Assembly (NCBI RefSeq): GCF_006345805.1
Contig: NC_043023.1
Span: forward strand, 17,670,001-17,734,000
Length of the DNA: 64,000 nucleotides
Source: Octopus sinensis
Lineage: Eukaryota
Direction: 5' to 3'
The position numbers were made by a program, and so were the translations under genes. Below the pieces are notes generated by a model. That model searched no databases, was not told the DNA's origin, and was given only the letters and a program-made list of their open reading frames with translations. This document shows, piece after piece, positions 42,739 to 59,933 of this stretch (within the stretch, counting starts at the first letter, position 1; every line of letters starts with the position of its first letter).

Positions 42739-43762
42739 CGTTTTATGACTACGAAGATGACTCATGAATCCAGCTTTACTGAGGCAGGGTCTTGCACAGA
42801 CATCGCATGTCAGAATCAAATGAACACCCTTCCCTTCTGGAAGTGTACCAGCGATGCCCTTCCTGACATCCCTCCTTACTTTCCCATGTGCAACTCGAGA
42901 TTTCTCAAATGTGGCTGTCCCCTCATGCACAACCCTTCTCCACCTGCTACGGTCAATAGCTATGCCTTCCTATGTGTCAGGAGAGATGCAAGCATCTCTT
43001 AAGGAAGCCTTCAGCAAGTCCTTTTACCTCTTTTTTGGTTTATGTGGAGGTCGTTCTCCTTTAGCTAACTCTCCATAAAAGAGTTGTTTTGGCATCCTTG
43101 AATCCTTCATTCTGACCAGATGACCACTCCATATGAGCCTTTGCTTTAACACAAGAGCTTCTATACTTTCACACCGAGAGCCTTCGAGTATTTCAAGATC
43201 ACCGATGCGGTCCTTCCACTTAATGCCATAGATCCGCCTGAGGAACATCTGATGGAAACGTTCCAGTTGTTTAAGGTGGTATCCATATTTGACCCACGTC
43301 TCGCAGGCAGAGAGAAGAGAAGGCAGCCCACATGCCTTGTACACCTTTATCTTTGTCTTTCTGCATATGTATCGCGGACTCCAGGGGTGTTTTTCTAGCC
43401 TTGCGAAAGCAACAGTTGCTTTCCTAATTCTATATGGAATTTCATCATCCACATTGCCATATCTATTAATAGTGCTTCCCAGGTAGACAAAGTGATCGCC
43501 TACATCAAGTCGTTTACCATTCACATAGATATTTGGTACACTACACTGCTTACTAGGGGCAGGTTGATGCATGAAAACAGTTTTCTTGAGATTGTCTGTC
43601 AATCCTAAGGCAGTGCAAGCATCAGAGAATGCATTCAAAATGTGTTGCATATCAATCTCTGTGTGTGCTACCAGCTCACAATCATCAGCATACAAAATGT
43701 CTCTTATGATAGAGGTAACTATCTTTGTTTTTGCAGCAAGACCCCTGATATTAAATATGTTG
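42739..43762 (-). pseudogene. RTE RT fragment (paralogue of 30513-32173)
   Basis: YADDCELVAH..YLGSTI..WSGHLVRMKDSRMPKQLFYGEL. Confidence 0.9.
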
Positions 43763-44679
43763 TTACGCGGATTTAGGGCGTAACCCTACGTTGAGTGTAA
43801 ATATGAACAAAAAATTTGGTCTACCTTAGGTTAGAGATGGGCGTTAACCCCTAACGTTCAATTTATTTCGGAGATTGTGAAGTCTCTATGTGTGTGTGTG
43901 TGTGTCTGTGTGTGTGTGTTCACGTTTATGTGTTTGCTTATCCTACGATCGCAGCCGAACACGGTGTTGCTTTGTTTATGTCTCTATAAAGCAACGTTGA
44001 GCGATACAGGACGGAAGAATAAGGACAGTGTACAAATAAATAAACAGGTCCAGTTAACCCGTCACAAACTCTTGAAGGCGGTGCTCCAGCATGGCCACAA
44101 TCCAATGGATAAAAGAAATCCAAGGTAAAGAGCAAACTGTTAACAGATTCGATGTAAGGATGTTCTATAGAGCTTATTACTGCATAACTCCAGCCTCCCA
44201 TGCCTTCCTCTCTCCCTCCCTATCCCTCTCTCGCAAACACACCCACCCACACCCACCCACCCCCACACACGCAAACCCATACACAAACATACACAGGCAA
44301 AGAATTACAGGTACACACAGAATAAAAGCACACACGCAGAAATATACTCTAATATTAAGAGGCATATTTTACGTCGATTAAATGACCTATAATTGTGAGT
44401 TACCTCCCTTAAAACTATTTCGTCAATTTTTTTATGTGCCTTTTACATAAAGTACTTTTTACGGCCTATCGTCTCCATTTTTTAAACATCGGAACGCAGC
44501 CATGCTGGAGCACTGCATTGATGTGTTTAGTCAACCACACAGCGAGTAGTGCTTCTCTTTATTCAGATTGCTGCTTATTTGTTTGTTCTCTCTTCATATG
44601 ACAGCTACGTTACATGGATGTAAACAAAAACAGTCGATGTCAAGTGGTGAATATTAGAAAAACATTGTGTGTCTCTGTG

Positions 44680-44745
<66 letters not shown>

Positions 44746-45595
44746 GCGGATTTAGCTCGCCCCTCTCCCTTTTTTGTGAAAGACGTAGAAAAGATTGGAG
44801 ATGATGATTCTGAAAAAATTTTTGTAAAATGCCATTTATTCAAAAGAAAAATAAATAAATCTCGCCTCCCGATTCTACGGTTTTTAACCAGACTATCTAC
44901 ATGCTAGAAATAAAAGCCATATCTCACGCAATCTTTTTTGGCACATAATTACAGACTCTGTATCGAATGAATTGCATTTTACCCCCATGGGGCCACCGAG
45001 TCACTTCGTTACCATCATCTATCTCTTGTAGTTCCTTCTTTTCATTTTCTCTTTCTTTCTCCTTCCGTTGTGTGGAAGTGCATGGCTCAGTGGTGATATC
45101 GTCAGTATCACAATCGCGAGATAATGAGTTCGATTCATGGAACGGGCTATGTGTTGAAGTTCTTGAGCAAGACAGTTTATTTCACGTTACTCCAGTTCAC
45201 TCATCTGTTGAAATGAGTTGTGACATCCCTGGGCCGAAGCTGTAGCAGTCTTTGAATTGCCATTGGATAACATTGTTGGCACGGAGAGGGTATTCTGTTA
45301 TGCATGGGTGACTGCCGGTCATCCATAAACAAACTTGCCCGGATACGTACCTTGGTGGGGAACTTTCTAGGTGGAATCTCCTCGTCATTCTTTACCAAAG
45401 AGGATCAAAAATATGCACTTCCCTACCTCATTCTCTTATCCACTAACTTGAAACTGACCCCCCCCCCCCGCAACGAATAGTCGGTAAGTATGATAAAAGC
45501 ACTGAGCCCATGCTGTAAATTGGTTGATGTTTGGAAGGGCATCTAACCAGAAATAGCAGACCAAAGCAGACATTTATATATATAATGTATACATT

Positions 45596-45637
<42 letters not shown>

Positions 45638-46229
45638 TATGTGTGTATGTGTGTGGATGTATGTTTGTGTGTCTGCCTTTGTCCCCACACCATCGCTTGA
45701 CAACCGATGCTAGTGTGTTTACGACCCCGTAACCCAGCGGTTCGGCAAAATGAAAGCGATTGAATAAGTAATAGGCTTACAAAAAATATGTCCTCGGGTC
45801 GATCGATCTACCTGTCTAAAGGTGGTGCTCCAGAATGGTCAAAGTGAAATGACTGCAACAAGTAAAACAGTAAAGAGAAAAGACTGTATATATATATATA
45901 TGCAAGTGTGTGTGAAGCAAAATCGAGGGGCACACATGTGTAGCAATACCCATCGGCATACGATACAGACTATATACGTATGTGCCCCAAAACAGTTTGT
46001 ATGAAATTTCGCTGCTTTTTCAAGCACGTAGATATCTTGTTTGAATCCCTGTAGAATCGGAAGGGGAGAGGGTTTATGTGGATGTGGTGGGGGGCGGATT
46101 TCAGTTTCACGAACAGTTACTTTTCAGAATCATAATGTCGGTGGTTTTAATCACATAATTTGTCAAAAAAGTTACAAGAAAAAGTGAAAAATGAAGAGGT
46201 GGGTTACGTCTCTACCATGGGTTCCTCAC

Positions 46230-47298
46230 CTCACCTCCAGGAGGATATTGAAGAGATTTGCACATCTGAAGCCCGGGCTATCACAGTACCTTGTCCTACA
46301 TCTTGATGGCAAATTTGGAATCCTTGGCACTATAAAGTGGCGCCCAGTTCTTGTACTTGTGTATCTCTGGATGCTAAAGCTTTGGACATGTCCTTCCAGG
46401 ATCTTCCACATGTATATTATGGCATATCTTTCTCGCCTACGCTCTAAGGAATAGAGTCTTAATCTCTTGAATCTTTCTCAATAGGCTATATGCTGCATAG
46501 TGGCTATCTTTTTCGTGTAGCTTCGTTGGATTGCCTCACGTTCTGCGATTAATTTGACACTGGTTGGTGACCATAGCTGGGAGCAATTTTTAAAGGGGCT
46601 TAGAACAAGTGAACTCTAGAGGACCATCATTGGATTCTGGTCTCTTGTTCTAAACGTTCTCAGAATCCATCCGGTTAGCCGCCTACATTTCATTGCCAAT
46701 TTAGCAACAAGCACATGAACGGTTGCATCATTACTGATGTAAATACCCAGGTCTTGCACTGATTGTGTCTCTGGGATTGCAATCCCTCCAAATCAAGTGT
46801 ATTTATTGCATTTAGTTTTGCATGTTGATAGCATAAAGCTTGAAACTTTTCAGCATTAAACAGCATGCTATTCTTTTCAGCCATCTTGTATATTTCATCC
46901 AGCTCACAATGCAGGTGCATAGTGTCTTCAGGGTTCTGTATTACCTGTGAAACTTTTGTATCATCTGCATAACTTGTGATCGTAGCCTTCTGTGTGGCTG
47001 AGGTTATTCTGAGAGGTCCATTATGAGCAGAAGTGTTCCCAAAACAGAGCCTTGCGGAAGACCGGTCCCTATTTGCGTATCATTGGAGGCGGCTACATTG
47101 GCTACTACCACCTGACTTCTATCCTTCAGAAAGTCATGAAGCCATTCTCACAATTTTGCAACTATGCCAAGATCACGCAGTTTGTGACGTATCGTTCCAT
47201 GATCGACTTTATCAAAGGCCTTGGCAAAGTCGAGATATATCACTTCAACATCTGAGTGGTTGAGCAGCTGTTTCAGTACCCAGTCAGAGTGTTCTAAG
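46230..47298 (-). pseudogene. Decayed CR1-group RT fragment (paralogue)
   Basis: Near-identical to 36463-37518. Confidence 0.85.
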
Positions 47299-47301
47299 AA
47301 C

Positions 47302-47427
<126 letters not shown>

Positions 47428-47588
47428 ATTGCATGGGGACTGTCTTGGGTCCGCTACTCTACATATAAAAAGTCCATTACTTAGCGGTGCGGCAAAATGA
47501 GAGAGATTAAATAAATAAAATGCTTACAAAAAATGTCTACTACGGCCTGTTTGCCTGTCCAAATGCGGTAAAGAACAAAACAGTAAAG

Positions 47589-49498
<1,910 letters not shown>

Positions 49499-50386
49499 AT
49501 TATATTTATAATTATATACTGTTTGAAGCCCATAGAATCGGGAGGGGAGAGGGTTGATGCAGATTTTTTCATTTCATTTTGGAAAATTTCCAGAATCATG
49601 ATCTCGTTTTTTTTTATCACCTATTTTGCCCCAAAAACATTTTGGAAAGCGAAAAATGAAGAAAAGAGGGTGCAATTGGAATTTTGAATCGGTATCTCCA
49701 TAACCGAAAAGATGGTTCTCCGTAAAAAATACAAAAACGTGTTAGGGGTGGGTTACGTCTCCACAATGTGTACCTCACCTTACCACCAAGGTGACCAGGA
49801 GAAAGGAATTTCTCGTAGAAGTTTAGGAGGGGAGAAATGCTTCAAATTGCACCCAGCCAGGTTTCTCTCACTACTACCACATCCAAGTTTTGCGACCTGA
49901 GGTCTTTGAGGAAAATCCGTTGTTTCCAATTCGTCGCCTGGCTGCAAACATTTAAAGACCTTACGTTGAGTGTAAACATGAAGAAAATATTTGGTCTACC
50001 TTAGGTTAGAGATGGGCGTTAACCATTCACGTTTCATTTATTTAGGAGCTAGTGATGTCTCTATGTGTGTGTGTATGAGTCTTCATATTTAGGTGTGTCC
50101 TTATCCTACGATCGCAGCCTGACACGGTGTTGCTTTGTTTATGTCTCTATAAAGCAACGTTCAGCGATAGAGGACGGAAGAATTAGGACAGATTACAAAT
50201 ACATAAATAAATAGGTAAAGCTAAACCGACGGAGACGCTTCAAGGCGGTGCTCCAGCACGGCCACACTCCAATGAATGAAAGAAATCCAAGGTAAAGAGC
50301 AAAGTACTAAAACCTTCGATGTAAGGATGTACTATAGAGCTTATTACTGCATTACTCCAGGTTTCCGAGAGAGAGAATAGTAATAA

Positions 50387-50458
<72 letters not shown>

Positions 50459-50981
50459 TCTTACAATATACTGTGACTGGTTGCTGAAATGTGGAAGTGT
50501 TATATCTTGACTTTGCAAAGGCCGATAAAGGTTGATAAAGTTTTATCATGGAACGATACGTCACAAACTGCGTGATCTTGGCATAGTTGGAAAATTGTGA
50601 GAATGGCTTCATGACTATCAGAAGTATAGAAGTCAGGTGGTAGTAGCCAATGGGGCCACCTCCAATGATACGCAAATAGGGACCGGTGTCCCGCAAGGCT
50701 CTGTTTTGGGAACACTTCTGCTCATAATGGCCCTCTAGGAATGCCCTCAGAACGCCACGATCACAAGTTATGCAGATGATACAAAAGTTTCACAGGTAAT
50801 ACAGAACCCTGAAGACACTATGCACCTGCAATGTGAGCTGGACAAAATATACAAGTTGGCTGAAAAGAATAGCATGCAGTTCATTAGTAAAATTTGCTTT
50901 ATAGAGACATAAACAAACCAACACCATGTCAGGCTGCAATCGTAGGATAAGGACACACATAAACATGAACACACACACACG

Positions 50982-51032
<51 letters not shown>

Positions 51033-51665
51033 ACACACACACACACACACAAAACCTTCCAATGTTTAAGTAATGCAAACGATAGGCCGTCAAAATTCAT
51101 TATATTTAAGGCAGATAAAATTAATTATAAAATAGTGTTAAGGGAGGTAACTCTCAAATATAAGTCATAATTGACGTAAAATATCCCTGTTTAAGTTAGT
51201 GTATATTTTTTTGCGTGTGTGCTTTTTTGTTCGGTGTGTTCAAACGCTTCTATCCTTGAATCTGTTTGTATATGCGGAGTTATGTGTGTGTATGTGTATG
51301 TGTGTATGTGTGGTGGGGGTGTGTTTGCGAGAGAAGGAGAGGGAGGGAGAGAGGAAAGCATGGGAGGTTGGAGTAATGCAGAAATAAGCTCTAAAGAACA
51401 TCCTTACATCGAATCTTTTAACAGTTTGCTCTTTACCCTGGATTTCCGTCATTCATTGGATTGTGGCCATGCTGGAGCACCGCCTTCAAGAGTTTCTGAC
51501 GGGTTAACTGGACCTATTTATTTATTTATTTGTAAAGCGATTGAATAAGTAATAGGCTTACAAAAAATATGTCCTGGGGTCGATCGATCTACCTGTCTAA
51601 AGGTGGTGCTCCAGAATGGTCAAAGTGAAATGACTGCAACAATTAAAACAGTAAATAGAAAAGAC

Positions 51666-51713
<48 letters not shown>

Positions 51714-52039
51714 AGTGTGTGTGAAGCAAAATCGAGGGGCACACATGTGTAGCAATACCCCATAGGCATTCGATACAGACTATATACGTATGTGCCCCAA
51801 AACAGTTTGTATGAAATTTTGCTGCTTTTTTAAGCACGTAGATATCTTGTTTGAATCCCTGTAGAATCTGAAAGGGGGAGGGTTTATGTGGATGTGGTGG
51901 GGGGCGGATTTCAGTTTCACGAACAGTTACTTTTCAGAATCATAATGTCGGTTGTTTTAATCACATAATTTGTCAAAAAAGTTACAAGAAAAAGTGAAAA
52001 ATGAAGAGGTGGGTTACGTCTCTACCATGGGTTCCTCAC

Positions 52040-53095
52040 CTCACCTCCAGGAGGATATTGAAGAGATTTGCACATCTGAAGCCCGGGCTATCACAGTACC
52101 TTGTCCTACATCTTGATGGCAAATTTGGAATCCTTGGCACTATAAAGTGGCGCCCAGTTCTAGTACTTGTGTATCTCTGGATGCTAAAGCTTTGGACAAG
52201 TCCTTCCAGGATCTTCCACATGTATATTATGGTATATTTTTCTCGCCTACGCTCTAAGGAATAGTGTCTTAATCTCTTGAATCTTTCTCAATAGGCTATA
52301 TGCTGCATAGTGGCTATCTTTTTCATGTAGCTTCGTTGGATTGCCTGAAGTTCTGTGATTAATTTGACATTGGTTGGTGATCATAGCTGGGAGCAATTTT
52401 CAAAGTGGCTTAGAACAAGTGAACTCTAGAGGACCATCATGGTTTCCTGGTCTCTTGTTCTAAACGTTCTCAGAACCCATCCGGTCAGCCGCCTACATTT
52501 CATTGCCAGTTTAGCAACAAGCATATGAACGGTTGCATTATTACTGATGTAAATACCCAGGTCTTGCACTGATTGTGTCTCTGGGATTGCAATCCCTCCA
52601 AATCCAGTGTATTTATTGCATTTAGTTTTGCATGTTGATAGCATAAAGCTTGAAACCTTTCAGCATTAAACAGCATGCTATTCTTTTCAGCCAACTTGTA
52701 TATTTTGTCTAGCTCACGATGCAGGTGCATAGTGTCTTCAGGGTTCTGTATTACCTGTGAAACTTTTGTATCATCTGCATAACTTGTGATCGTAGCCTTC
52801 TGTGTGGCTGAGGTTATTCTGAGAGGGCCATTATGAGCAGAAGTGTTCCCAAAACAGAGCCTTGCGGAAGACCGGTCCCTATTTGCGTATCATTGGAGGC
52901 GGCTACATTGGCTACTACCACCTGACTTCTATCCTTCAGAAAGTCATGAAGCCATTCTCACAATTTTCCAACTATGCCAAGATCACGCAGTTTGTGACGT
53001 ATCGTTCCATGATCGACTTGGGAAAGTCGAGATGTATCACTTCAACGTCTGAGTGGTTGAGCATCTTTTTCAGTACCCAGTCAGAGTGTTCTAAG
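52040..53095 (-). pseudogene. Decayed CR1-group RT fragment (paralogue)
   Basis: Near-identical to 36463-37518. Confidence 0.85.
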
Positions 53096-53096
53096 A

Positions 53097-53174
<78 letters not shown>

Positions 53175-53293
53175 ATAGATAGATAGATAGATAGATAGTT
53201 AGTCAGTTAGATAGATAGATAGATAGATAGATAGAAAGATAGATAAATAGACAGACAGATAGACAGATGGATAGATATATAGATAGATAGATC

Positions 53294-53347
<54 letters not shown>

Positions 53348-53456
53348 CAGATAGACAGATGGATAGATAGATAGGTAGATAGATAGATAGATAGATAGAA
53401 AGATACATACATACATACATACATACATAGATAGACAGACAGATAGACAGATAGAT

Positions 53457-53534
<78 letters not shown>

Positions 53535-55507
53535 GTAGGTAGATAGATAGATAGACAGATAGATAGATAGGTAGATAGATATTAATGTGTATACGTTTGT
53601 GTGCCTGTGTTTCTCCCCACAACATCGCTTGACAACCAATGCTAATATATACATACATGCATGTGTGGATGGGTGGGTGTGATATTAGATTAGTAGATTG
53701 ATTGCATATTTCTTTCATTATTTCATCAGAGCTTTCTTCTGCCAACAAATGCTGATATGGGAATTTTTCGAAATTCCCACTAATTCTAGGAAAAACTGTT
53801 TCTAAAAGAATTCCAATATAATCAGCATGTACACCATATGTCAAACATTTTATTAAAAATAACAACCTTTCTTTAAGTTAAACCGAAGCAAATTCGAGGG
53901 TCATATTTGTGCAGGAATAACCCATAGGCATTCGATACAGATTGTGTACGTACGTGCAAAAACAGTTTGTGTGAGATTTGGCTGCTTTTTCTAGCATGTG
54001 GATATCCTGTTTGAAGCCCGTAGAATCGGGAGGGGTGGAGGTTGAAGCAGATTGAGATGGCAACCTCAATAGCGGGTAGTATGATAAAAGCACCGAGCCC
54101 ATGCTGTGAATTGGTTGATGTTAGGAAGGGAATCTAACCAGGAATAGGAGACCAAAGCAGACATTTGAGCGCAGTGCAGTCCTTGGATCCTGTCCAGTCC
54201 AAGCCAGAAAATAACATGGATGTTAGATGATGATGACAATGATGGTGATGTTATTTACTTTGTTGATGATGACAATCAAGGAAATGATGAATATGATTAT
54301 AAGCAATTTAGAATTGTTTTGTAAATGATTATTGATATATATATATATATATATATATATATCGGGTGTGTGTTAATTAGCTTGCTAACGAACGACATGG
54401 TTCCTCGTTCAGTCCCACTGCGTGTTACCTTGGGTAGGTGTCTTCTATATATATATATATATATATATATGCATGTGTGTGAAGCAAAATTGAAGGGTAC
54501 AATTGTGTAGGAATATCCCATAGGCGTTCGATACAGAGTACACATGTATGTTCCAAACGCAGTTTGTGTACGATTTGCTGCTTTTTCTAGCATGTGGATA
54601 TCCTGTTTGAAGCCCATAGAATAGGGATGGGAGAGGGTTGATGCAGATTTTTTAATTTTATTTTGGAAAATTTGCAGAATCATAATCTGGTTTATTTTTA
54701 TCACCTATTTTGCCCAAAAAAATTTTGGAAAGCGAAAAATGAAGAAAGGAGGGTGCAATTGAAATTTTGAAGCGGTATCTCCATAACCGAAAACATGGTT
54801 CTCCGTAAAAAATACAAAAGCGTGTTAGGGTGGGTTACGTCTTCACAATGTGTACCTCACCTTACCACCAAGGTGAATAGGAGAAAGTCATTTCTCGTAG
54901 AAGTTTAGGAGGGGAGAAATGCTTCAAATTGCACACAGCCAGGTTTCTCTCACTACTACCACATCCAAATTTTGCGACCTGAGGTCATTGAGGAAAATCC
55001 GTTGTTTCCAATTCGTCGCCTGGCTGCAAACATTTGAAGACCTTACGTTGAGTGTAAACATGAAGAAAAAATTTGGTCTACCTTAGGTTAGAGATGGGCG
55101 TTAACCACTCACGTTTCATTTATTTAGGAGCTAGTGAAGTCTTCATGTGTGTGTGTATGTGCGTGCGTGTGTGTGAGTGAGTCTTCATTTTTAGGTGTGT
55201 CCTTATCCTACGATCGCAGCCTGACACGTTGTTGCTTTGTTTATGTCTCTATAAAGCAACTTTCATTGATAGAGGAAGGAAGAATAAGGACAGATTAAAA
55301 ATACATAAATAAACAGGTAAAGCTAACCCGACGGAGACGCTTCAAGGCGGTGCCCCAGCATGGCCACAATCCAATGAATGAAAGAAATCCAAGGAAAAGA
55401 GCTATTTACTAAAACCTTCGATGTAAGGATGTACTATAAAGCTTATTACTGCATTACTCCAGGTTTCCGAGAGAGAGAATAGTATAGAATGATTAATATA
55501 TATTATA

Positions 55508-55552
<45 letters not shown>

Positions 55553-55927
55553 TTCTTACAATATACTGTGACTGGTTGCTGAAACAGCTGCTCAGCCACT
55601 CAAATGTGGAAGTTTTATATCTCGACGTTGCAAAGGCCGATAAAGGTTGATAAAGTTTTATCATGGAATGATATGTCACAAACTGCGTGATCTTGGCATA
55701 GTTGGAAAATTGTGAGAATGGCTTCATGACTTTCTGAAGTATAGAAGTCAGGTGGTAGTAGCCAATGGGGCCTGTGTGCCTGCAATGTGAGCTGGGGACA
55801 AAATATACAAGGGGGCTGAAAAGAGTAGCATGCAGTTCATTACTAAAATTGTTTTATAGAGACATAACAACAACCAGCACCATGTCAGGCTGCAATCGTA
55901 GGACAAGGACACACATAAACATGAAAA

Positions 55928-56055
55928 TACACACACCGCACACACAACACACACACACACACAACATACACAGACACAGACATACACAAACACACACACA
56001 TATAAACACACACACACATAAACACACACACATATACACACACACACACATACAC

Positions 56056-56088
<33 letters not shown>

Positions 56089-56133
56089 ACAAACCACACA
56101 CACACGCACACACACACACACATACACACACAA

Positions 56134-56196
<63 letters not shown>

Positions 56197-56249
56197 CACA
56201 CACGCACACACCACACACACATACACACACACAACACACACACAAACAT

Positions 56250-56286
<37 letters not shown>

Positions 56287-56369
56287 CATACACAAATACA
56301 CACATATACACACACACACATAACACACGCACATACACACACACATACACACACACATACACACACCCG

Positions 56370-56401
<32 letters not shown>

Positions 56402-56449
56402 TACACAAACACACACACATACATACACACACACACATACACACACCCG

Positions 56450-56481
<32 letters not shown>

Positions 56482-56503
56482 TACAAAAACACACACACAC
56501 CCG

Positions 56504-56563
<60 letters not shown>

Positions 56564-56580
56564 TACACACAGACACACAA
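55928..56580. repeat. Long degenerate (CA)n tract
   Basis: Direct reading; shorter paralogues at ~40408-40696 and ~50968-51050. Confidence 0.92.
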
Positions 56581-57267
56581 AACCTTCCAATGTTTAAGTA
56601 ATGCAAACGATAGTCCGTCAAAATTAATTTATATTTAAGGCAGATAAAATAAATTATAAAATAGTGTTAAGGGAGGTAACTCTCAAATATAAGTCATATT
56701 ATTGACGTAAAATATCCCTGCTTATGTTAGCGTATATATTTTTGCGTGTGTGCTTTTTTGTTCGGTGTGTTCAAACGCTTCTATCCTTGAATCTGTTTGT
56801 ATATGCGGGTTTATGTGTGTGTATGTGTATATGTATGTGTGTGTGTGTGGAGGGGTGTGTTTGCGAGAGAAGGAGAGGGAGGGAGAGAGGAAAGCATGGG
56901 AGGTTGGAGTAATGCAGTAATAAGCTCTATAGAACAACCTTACATCGAATCTTTTAACAGTTTGCTCTTTACCCTGGATTTCCTTCATTCATTGGATTGT
57001 GGCCATGCTGGGGCACTGCTTTCAAGAGTTTCTGACGGGTTAACTGGACCTATTTATTTATTTATTTGTAATTTCTACTTATTCTTCCGTCTTGTAATGT
57101 TCAAGTTGCTTTATATAGACATAAACAAAGCAACACCGTGTCAGGCTGCAATCGTAGGATAAGGACACTCATAAACATGAACACACACACACCTAGAGAC
57201 TTCACAAGCTCCTAAATAAATAGAACTGTATGTTTTAACGCCCAACTCCAACCTAAGTTTTTTCTTC

Positions 57268-57975
57268 ATGTTTACACTCGATGTAGGGTGTTTAAATGTT
57301 TACATCCTGTCATGGAATTGGAAATAAGGGCTTTTCCTCAATGACCTCGTGTTACTTAATTTGGATGTGTTAGTAGTTATAGAAACCTGGCTGAGTGGAC
57401 TGACAAGCAATTCTCCCCCCCCCCCCCTAAACTGTACGAGAAATTTATTTCTCCTGGTCACCCAGAATGTGAAGAGGGGTGGTCGTAGTTTCTCTCAAGA
57501 AAAACTGGATTTAGCATCAAAGAATCTTTATTGATCCGGGGGTGGGAGTAGCCTGGTCGTCTTTGATGTAACCCTCATCATTGATAAGTCTTTCAGGCTG
57601 GGGGCTGTTTATGAACTCCGACGGCCGGACAGTTAGACAATTTTCTAGGCTAGAGAATTTTCTAGGAACGTCACACTCCTTAGTGGATTGCGTTTGCTCG
57701 AATACGGATAGGAGGAGAAACACCTACCTCTTCGATCTGCTTAAGCGTTTTTTGCTGGCAAATCTGTATATACTGGAACACCCAGACGCTCCAATGTGGA
57801 CATGGATGAATAGCGATGGGTCTTCTAGATCTTATATGGACAGGCTATTTCTTAGATGTATAGATAAAGATGTATTTGTGCGTGCACAATTTCACTACGT
57901 CAACTACAGTGATCAGAATCCTGTGACCATTAAGTTTGACCTCGAAAGGTTACATAGGTAAGCTTCCGGCTTCTA
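57268..57975 (+). pseudogene. Tx1/L1-like endonuclease fragment (inverted paralogue)
   Basis: NLDVLVVIETWLS..LEHPDAPMWTWMNSDGSSRSYMDR. Confidence 0.8.
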
Positions 57976-58672
57976 GAAGCTCCTTAGTTACCTTGGATTT
58001 CTTTCATTCATTGGATTGTGGCCCTGCTGGGGCACCGCCTTGAAGAATTTTCGTCGCTTTAACTGGACCTATATATTTTTTTTTTACTTGTAATCTGTTC
58101 TTATGCTTCCAACCTGTAACGCTAAACGTTGCTTTATATTGACATAAACAAAGTAACAACGTGTCAGGTTGCGATCAGATGACAAGCAAACACACAAAAT
58201 ATCTCACTAACGCATGCACACACATACATACATACACGCAAAAACAGCCACACAAACACACATACACACACCCTTAATACATATACGCATTCAGATATGC
58301 GTGTACATGTAAATATTCACCCATGCTTGCGTATATTCATACATACATACATACATACATACATACATACATACATACATACATACATACACACATATAT
58401 ATACATATATAGACATACATTTATATATAATCACATTATACATACATGCATGCATGCATACATACACATATACATACATAAACACATACATATATGCATA
58501 CATACATACATATATACATACATACATGCATGCATGCAAATATACATACATGTATACATATATGCTTGCATACATACACGTATACATACATGCATGCATC
58601 CATACATATATACATACATATATATACACATATTCATGCATATATATATGTATGCATGTGTATGTAAGTGAA

Positions 58673-58931
58673 GGCGCATGGCTTAGTGGTTAGGGCATTC
58701 GGCTGACGATTGTCAGGTTGTGAGTTCGATTCCCGGCGAGGCGTTGTGTCCTTGAGCAAGACAATTTATTTCCCGTTGCTCCTGTACACTCAGCTGGCAA
58801 AAATGGGTTGTACCTGTATGTCAAAGGGCCGGCCTTGTCACACTCTGTGTCACGCTGAATCTCCCTGAGAACTACGTTAAGGGTACTCGTGTCTGTGGAT
58901 TGCTCAGTCACTTGCACGTTAATTCCACGAG
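58673..58931 (+). mobile_element. SINE family A (duplicate of 385-643)
   Basis: Near-identical sequence and flanks. Confidence 0.85.
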
Positions 58932-59151
58932 GGTACATATCCGGGAATATTTGTTAATGGATAACCGGCAGTCACCCATGCATAAAGCATAGCCTCTCTG
59001 TGCCAACAATGTTATCCAATGGCAAGTCAAAGACAGATGCAGCTTCGGCCCAGGGATGTCACAACTCATTTCAACAGTTGAGTGAACTGGAGTAAAGTGA
59101 AATAAAGTGTCTTGCTCACTAACTTCAACACACAGCCGTTCCATGAATCGA

Positions 59152-59455
59152 CAATGTTCGCAAAGTAGGAGCTACCCTCATCCCTATCACCGTGCCCGAT
59201 TTTTGTCTATAATTGTCCTCGTTTAAGTTGAAGAAGTTGTTATGTAGGATGGATTTTGTTCCTTCAACAATGAATTCCTTTCTTATTCGGTCATTTGGGA
59301 AATTTTCCTGCCAGGATTCTACAGCCATTATTCCGAAATCGTGAGGAATCGATGTGTAGAGGTTTATTATATCGAATGAAACCAGAAAGGAGTCCTTACG
59401 GAGATAGTTTAAAAAGTTCAGATCATCCCTTAAAAACTCGGTATATGTTTCACAT
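59152..59455 (-). pseudogene. Penelope-like RT fragment (duplicate of 867-1170)
   Basis: Same sequence and junctions. Confidence 0.8.
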
Positions 59456-59585
59456 TCCCAAAAGTGTATCCTTCAATTTTGTAAAGAAAAATATTTCAAA
59501 TTTCTGTGCAATTGGCTCTAATTTCTATTACCATATACGGTCGCATACAAAACCTGCGAAACTGGGCCGTAATCTGTCAATTATT

Positions 59586-59617
<32 letters not shown>

Positions 59618-59666
59618 ATATGTGTGTGTGTGTGTTGTGTCTATGTCTGTCCCCACAGCATCGCTA

Positions 59667-59721
<55 letters not shown>

Positions 59722-59933
59722 ATAGGGTGGCAAAAAATTTTGTAGAATTTTTTTGTCACCAGCGGCCTAGTGGGAAAAAATTAAATAGTCATAGACCATT
59801 TATAATTTCAACATCACAATCAAGGAACGGCCATAATAGGCCATTCACCCACTAGAAATAACAGCCAAAGCTTCAACCGCAAAATAACATTAATTCCGCA
59901 AACCGAGAAAATAAAAAAAACGTTTACCCTGTA

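Noticed and set aside
59152-59717. PLE RT fragment about 260 bp from the hammerhead dimer, suggesting one element
   Set aside because: The same PLE fragment exists in two paralogues without the dimer and is separated from it by unrelated sequence, so the adjacency is probably coincidental.
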